Shown here piece by piece: positions 1 through 11,200 of a DNA stretch of 64,000 bases. A model generated the notes under the pieces. The model was not told where the DNA came from, ran no database searches, and saw nothing but the letters and a program-made list of their open reading frames with translations. Where the stretch lies: positions 141,858 to 205,857 of IMG/VR virus record IMGVR_UViG_3300046170_000519, one strand, 5' to 3'. Position 1 is the stretch's first letter. Each line of letters begins with the position of its first letter. Made by a program: the position numbers and the translations under genes.

Positions 1-552
1 GTAAACTAATGTTGGTGTAAGTGGAGGAGAATAGGTAGAAGTATTACAATCGTATTCACATCCATCGACGCAGCTCGCTGATAAAGACATATCTTTATTA
101 GTTTCATAATTGCAAGCATTAGGATCATTACACACGTCATTTTGACTACAAAGAGCGAGATTAACACAAGCTGGAGCTATTCCATCTTGAAAATCTGCAG
201 AGCAGTAAGAAGTACTACCCGAAAGGTCATCGCCGCATGCATAATCTTCACAACTACATTGAAATCCGTCATCGATTGTAGCATCAGGGTCATAATTTCC
301 ATAAGACCCATCATATAAAACATCCATGCAACCTAGTATTCCTGTAGGCGTCGGTTGAGGAGATGTAGTGTTACTAGGAGTGGGATTAACTGAAGCAGAA
401 GATTGTTCTGTAAAATAAATTTTCGCCCCTTGTTTTAAATTAGAATCAAAAATATTATTATAAACTAATAATTTATTAATAGATATTCCATAGCTATCAG
501 AAATACTCTTTAAAGTATCTGATTTTGAAACAATATGGAATTTATTATTCAT
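1..552 (-). CDS. LysM-domain, Cys-rich protein (runs off the left edge; not in the ORF track)
   Basis: Manual translation from ATG 552 is open to position 1 (184 codons). N-terminus MNNKFHIVSKSDTLKSISDSYGISINKLLVYNNIFDSNLKQGAKIYF fits the LysM pattern. It is followed by a P/T linker and Cys-rich motifs GCMD...NYDPDATIDDG and CNDPNACNY. The start lies 3 nt after the stop of the 556-2196 gene. Confidence 0.75.
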   Translation of the reverse strand, partial: MNNKFHIVSKSDTLKSISDSYGISINKLLVYNNIFDSNLKQGAKIYFTEQSSASVNPTPSNTTSPQPTPTGILGCMDVLYDGSYGNYDPDATIDDGFQCSCEDYACGDDLSGSTSYCSADFQDGIAPACVNLALCSQNDVCNDPNACNYETNKDMSLSASCVDGCEYDCNTSTYSPPLTPTLVY

Positions 553-555
553 TAA

Positions 556-2196
556 TTAAAAAAGTCTATCGATTAATCCATGTTTAAACATTAAATTAGG
601 AGGAAATTTCGGAAAAGTTTTATCAATAGCAAATTCAGGTAAAACCTTTTGGTTTTGGCTATTAAATTGCCCAGAAAAAGGGTTTAAATGAAAAGACATT
701 TTTTCAGTTCTTTTTATAGAAGTAAAAGATTCATAACCACTTGATATAAATCGAACATCTGGCTCAAATATATAAGACAAAGAGATATGTAGAACTGGAG
801 ATCCTACATAAATTTTAGATTTATAAATTGGATCATCAACATACCTTCTCCAAAAATAAGAACCATCATTAAAATTAAAATTAAATGGGTAACTTTTTAA
901 TATTAAAAAATTATCATCAGAATTATAATTTAAAGCTGTTGAATATAATTCTAATTCTCCAGAAGAAAAAGAATAATCTCCTTCATTGTAAGTTATATCT
1001 TGATTAATTACAAAATGAGGAAGATTGCTATAATCTAAAGTAGTAAGCCAGTCATCTATAGAGTATAAAGCTGAAGGAAGTTCATTAAACCAATATTGTG
1101 TATTTAAGGAACATAAATTAAAGTTTACATCTTCAACATTTATGGTATTTTTAGTAAATAATTTTTTAAATAAAGATTCGTCTTTAATAAGCTGTTCAGA
1201 GTTTTGTGTTATTGTCGGTGTTTCGCTAGTATAACAAAGCACTGAAGCAAAATTACGAGGAGTATAATCTCCCAGAAGCGCTCTAAAAACAGATCCACTG
1301 TAAGCATAATCACTTTTATAACAAGAAGTTGGGTCATGAGTTAAAGTTTCGGTTGGTTCGGTTTTTAAATAAAAATCGTTAGACGCATTAATAGCCCCTT
1401 CTTCTACATTACTGTCGCTAGAGATTAATTCGCCGTATTGATTTTCGTTAATAAATGTAGCTAAATGTTCATAAAAACAATCATAATCTCCGCAACTTTT
1501 ATAAAAAACTCTATAATCCGAATCGGTTGAATTAACTTTTTCTGTTACTTCTGAAACTCCATGAAAGACAGACTCATGAGAAAAATGAGGTTTATCTCCG
1601 CATAATAAAACAGTGTCAGTATTAATAGCTTCAAATAGTTCAATATTAGTTATTGTTTCAGTATGAGTTGGGGTAAAGGGTGAATGAGTTTCAGTGAAAG
1701 TTGGGGTTGAGCATATTGAGCTACTAATAAGTGGAGGTGTAGTAAAAAAACTAGCATTTATATTTTTACTAAAACAGCCTTGATTGCAGTAAAAGACTGG
1801 ACGATAATAATAAGCAGTTGATTTATCATTGCTGTACCAATATTCCCAGTTTTGAATAATATCAACACTTTCATCTATATTGCTGTCGACAAATGAATCC
1901 ATAAATAATGCTGCACAAGTTACTTCAGGAGAAGAATAGGTTTCAGTAGAACAATCGTAAGTCCAGGAGACAGCACACATTGAAGAATCTATTGATAATG
2001 ACTCTTCGCAACAGTAAGAAACTGTATAAAGATTATTGCCATCTTTAGTTACTCCGTTTACGCTAAGAATATTTAAAGATAAAGTTGAACTGGTGCAGTC
2101 ATTAATATAAGGCAGTACGTCAGCAAAACTACTAAGCTTATCTGCTGTCGAAATAGTAATTTCAGAATTTTCAGGACATTTTTTATTTGAAGACAT
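556..2196 (-). CDS. hypothetical Cys/Ser/Thr-rich protein, probably virion-associated (546 aa)
   Basis: Long ORF in the same operon-like run; short TPTFTETH/TPTHTET linker of the same style as its neighbours; GTGTAA motif 14 nt upstream of the ATG. No family recognised. Confidence 0.6.
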   Translation of the reverse strand: MSSNKKCPENSEITISTADKLSSFADVLPYINDCTSSTLSLNILSVNGVTKDGNNLYTVSYCCEESLSIDSSMCAVSWTYDCSTETYSSPEVTCAALFMDSFVDSNIDESVDIIQNWEYWYSNDKSTAYYYRPVFYCNQGCFSKNINASFFTTPPLISSSICSTPTFTETHSPFTPTHTETITNIELFEAINTDTVLLCGDKPHFSHESVFHGVSEVTEKVNSTDSDYRVFYKSCGDYDCFYEHLATFINENQYGELISSDSNVEEGAINASNDFYLKTEPTETLTHDPTSCYKSDYAYSGSVFRALLGDYTPRNFASVLCYTSETPTITQNSEQLIKDESLFKKLFTKNTINVEDVNFNLCSLNTQYWFNELPSALYSIDDWLTTLDYSNLPHFVINQDITYNEGDYSFSSGELELYSTALNYNSDDNFLILKSYPFNFNFNDGSYFWRRYVDDPIYKSKIYVGSPVLHISLSYIFEPDVRFISSGYESFTSIKRTEKMSFHLNPFSGQFNSQNQKVLPEFAIDKTFPKFPPNLMFKHGLIDRLF

Positions 2197-2210
2197 GGCG
2201 GGGAATAATT

Positions 2211-2216
2211 TTACAC
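2211..2216 (-). promoter_or_regulatory. GTGTAA motif, candidate phage promoter element
   Basis: 14 nt upstream of ATG 2196 in a 25-nt intergenic gap. Confidence 0.45.
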
Positions 2217-2221
2217 ATAAA

Positions 2222-5200
2222 TTAGTTCGTACAGTTGTATAAAATTTCGTAATTAAAAGTTGTGGAATAAATAGTCGTTAAACCATTTGTTGTAGTTATG
2301 GTATTTTCGCTGTAAGAAATAGAGGTTTCAATCAAATAAGATTCGATACCATCTCTAGATCCACATAAGTTTATAACATCTTTTTCTGTTGGAGCCCTAG
2401 GATCTAAGCTGGGATGTTGAGAAGAACTCTGTTGTGTATTGCTGATTTCGAATGTACTATAATTAGAGGAAGATGGATCTAATACAGGAATAGCTTTAGG
2501 AACATTAAGAACATTATGGTGGCAAGGAGAATCTTGAACGCAATCACTACATTTCGAATCATTCAAGCAAGCTGTAATTGAAACTTTATGATAACCATCT
2601 TTTTCAAAATCTATAGTATAATACTCTAAATTGAAATCAGAAGTTGATGTTGGCGTTGATTCATGATGCGGTAATTCTATATTAAAATTATATTTTTCAT
2701 AATTATTAGATTTTACTTCTTTTATTAAATTAGATGTATTATTTTCATATACTTTTATATCCGCTTCATCAATGGCATTTAAATCTCCATCATGAAATAA
2801 TCCGTAGTAGTAACTTTTATCTTCTACGTCCATAGTTCCATCACAAATACTGCAAGCTTCGGAATTAGAAAGGATTGGTAATAAATCAGTAAAGTGATAT
2901 TGATTATTATAATCTTTTCCAAAAAATCTTACATGTAAAGAAGCTTGAGAATAAGGTATAAATGCTGCAGCTCCTCGATTCGCCGCAACTTTTAATAGTC
3001 GAGGATATGATATATCAGTTGAAGTATGCTGTAATACTCCGTTAAAAGCTGGCGAACCATACACTCTAAATGGATTTGAATTATTAACAAAAACGATTAA
3101 ACCTGGATTTCCTCCAGCATTAATGCATATAACATTACTGATTGAGACTCCTTGAAGAGGAGAATCACACTCAACATACATTTCTAAAGGTAATTCTTCT
3201 GATGGAGTTGGGGTATGAGTGTCTGTGTCTGTTAATGTAGTAGTCGGAGTTTCACAAGAAACACAGCATTGATCGCAAGAATCTTGTGGGTAAACATCAT
3301 TAGCTTTAGGAGTATCAGTTGAATCTGCAGGAATAACTTTATTAATTAATAAATTATTGTTAAATTCCTGAGAATTTTTGAATTGACCTGCAGAACCTCC
3401 ACAAGAAGAAGCTGAAACCGCATTACAGAAAGAAACATCAACTTGAGAGTCAAATACATAACATTTAGAGGTTGAGAAATCTTTAATAACACTTGGGAAA
3501 TCAGCATAAGATTCAACTCCTATATAAGCTGGTAATGTAGCAGAAAGGCAGTTGCTAGGCTCAGAACCATCTCCACAGGTGTATGAGCAACTAATATACT
3601 TACCGCAGAGTCCAAAGCCACAAGTCTCAGTTTCAGTTTGAGTCTGAGTTTCTGTCTCTGTTGCTGTTTGAGTCTGAGTTTCTGTCTCTGTTGCTGTTTG
3701 AGTCTGAGTTTCTGTCTCTGTTGCTGTCTGAGTCTGAGTTCTTGTTTGAGTGTTTGTAGCTGTCTGGGTCTCAACCTCTGTTTCTGTCTCTGTCTCGGTT
3801 TGAGTGTTTGTTGATGTCTCGGTCTGAGTTCGTGTTTGAGTCTTTGTTACTGTCTGGGTCTCAGTCTCTGTTTCAGTCTCTGTCTCGGTCTGAGTTTGTG
3901 TTTGAGTCTTTGTTGCTGTCTGGGTCTCAGTCTCTGTTTCAGTCTCTGTCTCGGTCTGAGTTTGTGTTTTAGTCTGAGTCTGAGTTTCTGTCTCGGTCTG
4001 AGTTTGTGTTTGAGTCTTTGTTGCTGTCTGGGTCTCAGTCTCTGTTTCAGTCTCTGTCTCGGTCTGAGTTTGTGTTTCAGTCTGAGTCTGAGTTTCTGTC
4101 TCGGTCTGAGTTCGTGTTTGAGTCTTTGTTGCTGTCTGGGTCTCAGTCTCTGTTTCAGTCTCTGCCTCGGTCTGAGTTTGTGTTTCAGTCTGAGTTTGTG
4201 TTTCAGTCTGAGTCTGAGTTTCTGTCTCGGTCTGAGTTCGTGTTTGAGTCTTTGTTGCTGTCTGGGTCTCAGTCTCTGTTTCAGTCTCTGTCTCGGTCTG
4301 AGTTTGTGTTTCAGTCTGAGTCTGAGTTTCTGTCTCGGTCTGAGTTCGTGTTTGAGTCTTTGTTGCTGTCTGGGTCTCAGTCTCTGTTTCAGTCTCTGTC
4401 TCGGTCTGAGTTTGTGTTTCAGTCTGAGTCTGAGTTTCTGTCTCGGTCTGAGTCTGAGTTTCTGTCTCGGTCTGAGTCTGAGTTTCTGTCTCGGTCTGAG
4501 TCTGAGTTTGTGTTTCTGTCTCGGTCTGAGTCTGAGTTTGTGTTTCTGTCTCGGTCTGAGTCTGAGTTTCTGTCTCGGTCTGAGTCTGAGTTTGTGTTTC
4601 AGTCTGAGTTTGTGTTTCTGTCTCGGTCTGAGTTTGTGTTTCTGTCTCGGTCTGAGTCTGAGTTTCTGTCTCGGTCTGAGTCTGAGTTTGTGTTTCAGTC
4701 TGAGTCTGAGTTTGTGTTTCAGTCTGAGTCTGAGTTTGTGTTTCAGTCTGAGTCTGAGTTTGTGTTTCAGTCTGAGTCTGAGTTTCAGTAAAGGTATTTG
4801 TTTCAGTCTGAGTCTCTGTTTCAGTCTCTGTCTCGGTCTGAGTTTGTGTTTCAGTAAAGGTATTTGTTTCAGTCTGAGTCTGAGTTTCTGTCTCGGTCTG
4901 AGTCTGGGTTTCTGTCTCGGTCTGAGTCTGAGTTTCTGTTTCAGTCTGAGTCTGAGTTTGTGTTTCAGTCTGAGTCTGAGTTTCTGTTTCAGTCTGAGTC
5001 TGAGTTTCTGTTTCAGTCTGAGTCTGAGTTTCAGTAAAGGTATTTGTTTCAGTCTGAGTCTGAGTTTCTGTCTCGGTCTGAGTCTGAGTTTGTGTTTCAG
5101 TCTGAGTCTGAGTTTCTGTCTCGGTCTGAGTCTGAGTTTGTGTTTCAGTCTGAGTCTGAGTCTCTGTTTCAGTCTGAGTCTGAGTTTCTGTCTCGGTCTG

Positions 5201-8200
5201 AGTCTGGGTTTCTGTCTCGGTCTGAGTCTGAGTCTCTGTTTCAGTCTGAGTCTGAGTTTCTGTCTCGGTCTGAGTCTGAGTTTGTGTTTCTGTCTCGGTC
5301 TGAGTCTGAGTTTCTGTCTCGGTCTGAGTCTGAGTTTCTGTTTCAGTCTGAGTCTGAGTTTCTGTTTCAGTCTGAGTCTGAGTCTGAGTTTGTGTTTCAG
5401 TAAAGGTATTTGTTTCAGTCTGAGTCTGAGTTTCTGTCTCGGTCTGAGTCTGAGTTTGTGTTTCTGTCTCGGTCTGAGTCTGAGTTTCTGTCTCGGTCTG
5501 AGTCTGAGTTTGTGTTTCTGTCTCGGTCTGAGTCTGAGTTTGTGTTTCTGTCTCGGTCTGAGTCTGAGTTTCTGTCTCGGTCTGAGTCTGAGTTTGTGTT
5601 TCTGTCTCGGTCTGAGTCTGAGTTTGTGTTTCTGTCTCGGTCTGAGTCTGAGTTTGTGTTTCTGTCTCGGTCTGAGTCTGAGTTTGTGTTTCTGTCTCGG
5701 TCTGAGTCTGAGTTTGTGTTTCTGTCTCGGTCTGAGTCTGAGTCTCTGTTTCAGTCTCTGTCTCGGTCTGAGTTTGTGTTTCAGTCTGAGTCTGAGTTTC
5801 TGTCTCGGTCTGAGTCTGAGTTTCTGTCTCGGTCTGAGTCTGAGTTTCTGTCTCGGTCTGAGTCTGAGTTTGTGTTTCTGTCTCGGTCTGAGTCTGAGTT
5901 TGTGTTTCTGTCTCGGTCTGAGTCTGAGTTTCTGTCTCGGTCTGAGTCTGAGTTTGTGTTTCAGTCTGAGTTTGTGTTTCTGTCTCGGTCTGAGTTTGTG
6001 TTTCTGTCTCGGTCTGAGTCTGAGTTTCTGTCTCGGTCTGAGTCTGAGTTTGTGTTTCAGTCTGAGTCTGAGTTTGTGTTTCAGTCTGAGTCTGAGTTTG
6101 TGTTTCAGTCTGAGTCTGAGTTTGTGTTTCAGTCTGAGTCTGAGTTTCAGTAAAGGTATTTGTTTCAGTCTGAGTCTCTGTTTCAGTCTCTGTCTCGGTC
6201 TGAGTTTGTGTTTCAGTAAAGGTATTTGTTTCAGTCTGAGTCTGAGTTTCTGTCTCGGTCTGAGTCTGGGTTTCTGTCTCGGTCTGAGTCTGAGTTTCTG
6301 TTTCAGTCTGAGTCTGAGTTTGTGTTTCAGTCTGAGTCTGAGTTTCTGTTTCAGTCTGAGTCTGAGTTTCTGTTTCAGTCTGAGTCTGAGTTTCAGTAAA
6401 GGTATTTGTTTCAGTCTGAGTCTGAGTTTCTGTCTCGGTCTGAGTCTGAGTTTGTGTTTGAGTCTGAGTCTGAGTTTCTGTCTCGGTCTGAGTCTGAGTT
6501 TGTGTTTCAGTCTGAGTCTGAGTCTCTGTTTCAGTCTGAGTCTGAGTTTCTGTCTCGGTCTGAGTCTGGGTTTCTGTCTCGGTCTGAGTCTGAGTCTCTG
6601 TTTCAGTCTGAGTCTGAGTTTCTGTCTCGGTCTGAGTCTGAGTCTGAGTTTCTGTCTCGGTCTGAGTCTGAGTTTCTGTCTCGGTCTGAGTCTGAGTTTC
6701 TGTCTCGGTCTGAGTCTGAGTTTCTGTTTCAGTCTGAGTCTGAGTTTCTGTTTCAGTCTGAGTCTGAGTCTGAGTTTGTGTTTCAGTAAAGGTATTTGTT
6801 TCAGTCTGAGTCTGAGTTTCTGTCTCGGTCTGAGTCTGAGTTTGTGTTTCTGTCTCGGTCTGAGTCTGAGTTTGTGTTTCTGTCTCGGTCTGAGTTTCTG
6901 TCTCGGTCTGAGTCTGAGTTTCTGTCTCGGTCTGAGTCTGAGTTTGTGTTTCTGTCTCGGTCTGAGTCTGAGTTTCTGTCTCGGTCTGAGTCTGAGTTTG
7001 TGTTTCTGTTTCAGTCTGAGTTTGTGTTTCTGTCTCGGTCTGAGTCTGAGTCTGAGTTTCTGTTTCAGTCTGAGTCTGAGTTTCTGTCTCGGTCTGAGTC
7101 TGAGTTTCTGTTTCAGTCTGAGTCTGAGTTTCTGTCTCGGTCTGAGTCTGAGTCTGAGTTTCTGTCTCGGTCTGAGTTTGTGTTTCTGTCTCGGTCTGAG
7201 TCTGAGTTTCTGTCTCGGTCTGAGTCTGAGTTTGTGTTTCAGTCTGAGTCTGAGTTTGTGTTTCAGTCTGAGTCTGAGTTTGTGTTTCAGTCTGAGTCTG
7301 AGTTTGTGTTTCAGTCTGAGTCTGAGTTTCAGTAAAGGTATTTGTTTCAGTCTGAGTCTCTGTTTCAGTCTCTGTCTCGGTCTGAGTTTGTGTTTCAGTA
7401 AAGGTATTTGTTTCAGTCTGAGTCTGAGTTTCTGTCTCGGTCTGAGTCTGGGTTTCTGTCTCGGTCTGAGTCTGAGTTTCTGTTTCAGTCTGAGTCTGAG
7501 TTTGTGTTTCAGTCTGAGTCTGAGTTTCTGTCTCGGTCTGAGTCTGAGTTTGTGTTTCAGTCTGAGTTTGTGTTTCTGTCTCGGTCTGAGTTTGTGTTTC
7601 TGTCTCGGTCTGAGTCTGAGTTTCTGAGTCTGAGTTTGTGTTTGAGTCTGAGTCTGAGTTTCTGTCTCGGTCTGAGTCTGAGTTTGTGTTTCAGTCTGAG
7701 TCTGAGTCTCTGTTTCAGTCTGAGTCTGAGTTTCTGTCTCGGTCTGAGTCTGGGTTTCTGTCTCGGTCTGAGTCTGAGTCTCTGTTTCAGTCTGAGTCTG
7801 AGTTTCTGTCTCGGTCTGAGTCTGAGTCTGAGTTTCTGTCTCGGTCTGAGTCTGAGTTTCTGTCTCGGTCTGAGTCTGAGTTTCTGTTTCAGTCTGAGTC
7901 TGAGTTTCTGTTTCAGTCTGAGTCTGAGTCTGAGTTTGTGTTTCAGTAAAGGTATTTGTTTCAGTCTGAGTCTGAGTTTCTGTCTCGGTCTGAGTCTGAG
8001 TTTGTGTTTCTGTCTCGGTCTGAGTCTGAGTTTGTGTTTCTGTCTCGGTCTGAGTTTCTGTCTCGGTCTGAGTCTGAGTTTCTGTCTCGGTCTGAGTCTG
8101 AGTTTGTGTTTCTGTCTCGGTCTGAGTCTGAGTTTCTGTCTCGGTCTGAGTCTGAGTTTGTGTTTCTGTTTCAGTCTGAGTTTGTGTTTCTGTCTCGGTC

Positions 8201-11200
8201 TGAGTCTGAGTCTGAGTTTCTGTTTCAGTCTGAGTCTGAGTTTCTGTCTCGGTCTGAGTCTGAGTTTCTGTTTCAGTCTGAGTCTGAGTTTCTGTCTCGG
8301 TCTGAGTCTGAGTCTGAGTTTCTGTCTCGGTCTGAGTCTGAGTCTGAGTTTCTGTTTCGGTCTGAGTCTGAGTTTCTGTCTCGGTCTGAGTCTGAGTCTG
8401 AGTTTGTGTTTCAGTAAAGGTATTTGTTTCAGTCTGAGTCTGAGTTTCTGTCTCGGTCTGAGTCTGAGTCTGAGTTTCTGTCTCGGTCTGAGTCTGAGTC
8501 TCTGTTTGAGTCTGAGTACCAGTTTCTGTTTCAGTCTGAGTCTGAGTTTGTGTTTCAGTCTGAGTCTGAGTCTGAGTTTCTGTTTCAGTCTGAGTCTGAG
8601 TTTCTGTCTCGGTCTGAGTCTGAGTCTGAGTTTGTGTTTCAGTAAAGGTATTTGTTTCAGTCTGAGTCTGAGTTTCTGTCTCGGTCTGAGTCTGAGTTTG
8701 TGTTTCTGTCTCGGTCTGAGTCTGAGTTTGTGTTTCTGTCTCGGTCTGAGTCTGAGTTTGTGTTTCTGTCTCGGTCTGAGTCTGAGTTTGTGTTTCTGTC
8801 TCGGTCTGAGTCTGAGTTTGTGTTTCTGTCTCGGTCTGAGTCTGAGTTTGTGTTTCTGTCTCGGTCTGAGTCTGAGTTTGTGTTTCTGTCTCGGTCTGAG
8901 TCTGAGTCTCTGTTTCAGTCTCTGTCTCGGTCTGAGTTTGTGTTTCAGTCTGAGTCTGAGTTTCTGTCTCGGTCTGAGTCTGAGTTTCTGTCTCGGTCTG
9001 AGTCTGAGTTTCTGTCTCGGTCTGAGTCTGAGTTTCTGTCTCGGTCTGAGTCTGAGTTTCTGTCTCGGTCTGAGTCTGAGTTTGTGTTTCTGTCTCGGTC
9101 TGAGTCTGAGTTTGTGTTTCTGTCTCGGTCTGAGTCTGAGTTTCTGTCTCGGTCTGAGTCTGAGTTTGTGTTTCAGTCTGAGTTTGTGTTTCTGTCTCGG
9201 TCTGAGTTTGTGTTTCTGTCTCGGTCTGAGTTTGTGTTTCTGTCTCGGTCTGAGTCTGAGTTTCTGTCTCGGTCTGAGTCTGAGTTTGTGTTTCAGTCTG
9301 AGTCTGAGTTTGTGTTTCAGTCTGAGTCTGAGTTTGTGTTTCAGTCTGAGTCTGAGTTTGTGTTTCAGTCTGAGTCTGAGTTTCAGTAAAGGTATTTGTT
9401 TCAGTCTGAGTCTCTGTTTCAGTCTCTGTCTCGGTCTGAGTTTGTGTTTCAGTAAAGGTATTTGTTTCAGTCTGAGTCTGAGTTTCTGTCTCGGTCTGAG
9501 TCTGGGTTTCTGTCTCGGTCTGAGTCTGAGTTTCTGTTTCAGTCTGAGTCTGAGTTTGTGTTTCAGTCTGAGTCTGAGTTTCTGTTTCAGTCTGAGTCTG
9601 AGTTTCTGTTTCAGTCTGAGTCTGAGTTTCAGTAAAGGTATTTGTTTCAGTCTGAGTCTGAGTTTCTGTCTCGGTCTGAGTCTGAGTTTGTGTTTCAGTC
9701 TGAGTCTGAGTTTCTGTCTCGGTCTGAGTCTGAGTTTGTGTTTCAGTCTGAGTCTGAGTCTCTGTTTCAGTCTGAGTCTGAGTTTCTGTCTCGGTCTGAG
9801 TCTGGGTTTCTGTCTCGGTCTGAGTCTGAGTCTCTGTTTCAGTCTGAGTCTGAGTTTCTGTCTCGGTCTGAGTCTGAGTTTGTGTTTCTGTCTCGGTCTG
9901 AGTCTGAGTTTCTGTCTCGGTCTGAGTCTGAGTTTCTGTTTCAGTCTGAGTCTGAGTTTCTGTTTCAGTCTGAGTCTGAGTCTGAGTTTGTGTTTCAGTA
10001 AAGGTATTTGTTTCAGTCTGAGTCTGAGTTTCTGTCTCGGTCTGAGTCTGAGTTTGTGTTTCTGTATCGGTCTGAGTCTGAGTTTCTGTCTCGGTCTGAG
10101 TCTGAGTTTGTGTTTCTGTCTCGGTCTGAGTCTGAGTTTGTGTTTCTGTCTCGGTCTGAGTCTGAGTTTCTGTCTCGGTCTGAGTCTGAGTCTGAGTTTG
10201 TGTTTCAGTAAAGGTATTTGTTTCAGTCTGAGTCTGAGTTTCTGTCTCGGTCTGAGTCTGAGTTTGTGTTTCTGTCTCGGTCTGAGTCTGAGTTTGTGTT
10301 TCTGTCTCGGTCTGAGTCTGAGTTTGTGTTTCTGTCTCGGTCTGAGTCTGAGTTTGTGTTTCTGTCTCGGTCTGAGTCTGAGTTTCTGTCTCGGTCTGAG
10401 TCTGAGTTTGTGTTTCAGTCTGAGTTTGTGTTTCTGTCTCGGTCTGAGTTTGTGTTTCTGTCTCGGTCTGAGTCTGAGTTTCTGTCTCGGTCTGAGTCTG
10501 AGTTTGTGTTTCAGTCTGAGTCTGAGTTTGTGTTTCAGTCTGAGTCTGAGTTTGTGTTTCAGTCTGAGTCTGAGTTTGTGTTTCAGTCTGAGTCTGAGTT
10601 TCAGTAAAGGTATTTGTTTCAGTCTGAGTCTCTGTTTCAGTCTCTGTCTCGGTCTGAGTTTGTGTTTCAGTAAAGGTATTTGTTTCAGTCTGAGTCTGAG
10701 TTTCTGTCTCGGTCTGAGTCTGGGTTTCTGTCTCGGTCTGAGTCTGAGTTTCTGTTTCAGTCTGAGTCTGAGTTTGTGTTTCAGTCTGAGTCTGAGTTTC
10801 TGTTTCAGTCTGAGTCTGAGTTTCTGTTTCAGTCTGAGTCTGAGTTTCAGTAAAGGTATTTGTTTCAGTCTGAGTCTGAGTTTCTGTCTCGGTCTGAGTC
10901 TGAGTTTGTGTTTGAGTCTGAGTCTGAGTTTCTGTCTCGGTCTGAGTCTGAGTTTGTGTTTCAGTCTGAGTCTGAGTCTCTGTTTCAGTCTGAGTCTGAG
11001 TTTCTGTCTCGGTCTGAGTCTGGGTTTCTGTCTCGGTCTGAGTCTGAGTCTCTGTTTCAGTCTGAGTCTGAGTTTCTGTCTCGGTCTGAGTCTGAGTCTG
11101 AGTTTCTGTCTCGGTCTGAGTCTGAGTTTCTGTCTCGGTCTGAGTCTGAGTTTCTGTTTCAGTCTGAGTCTGAGTTTCTGTTTCAGTCTGAGTCTGAGTC

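Noticed and set aside
2222-3181. 319-aa ORF as an independent gene
   Set aside because: Its frame is open upstream into the repeat array and there is no ribosome-binding signal at 3181; it is best read as the giant protein's C-terminus. An internal start cannot be excluded.
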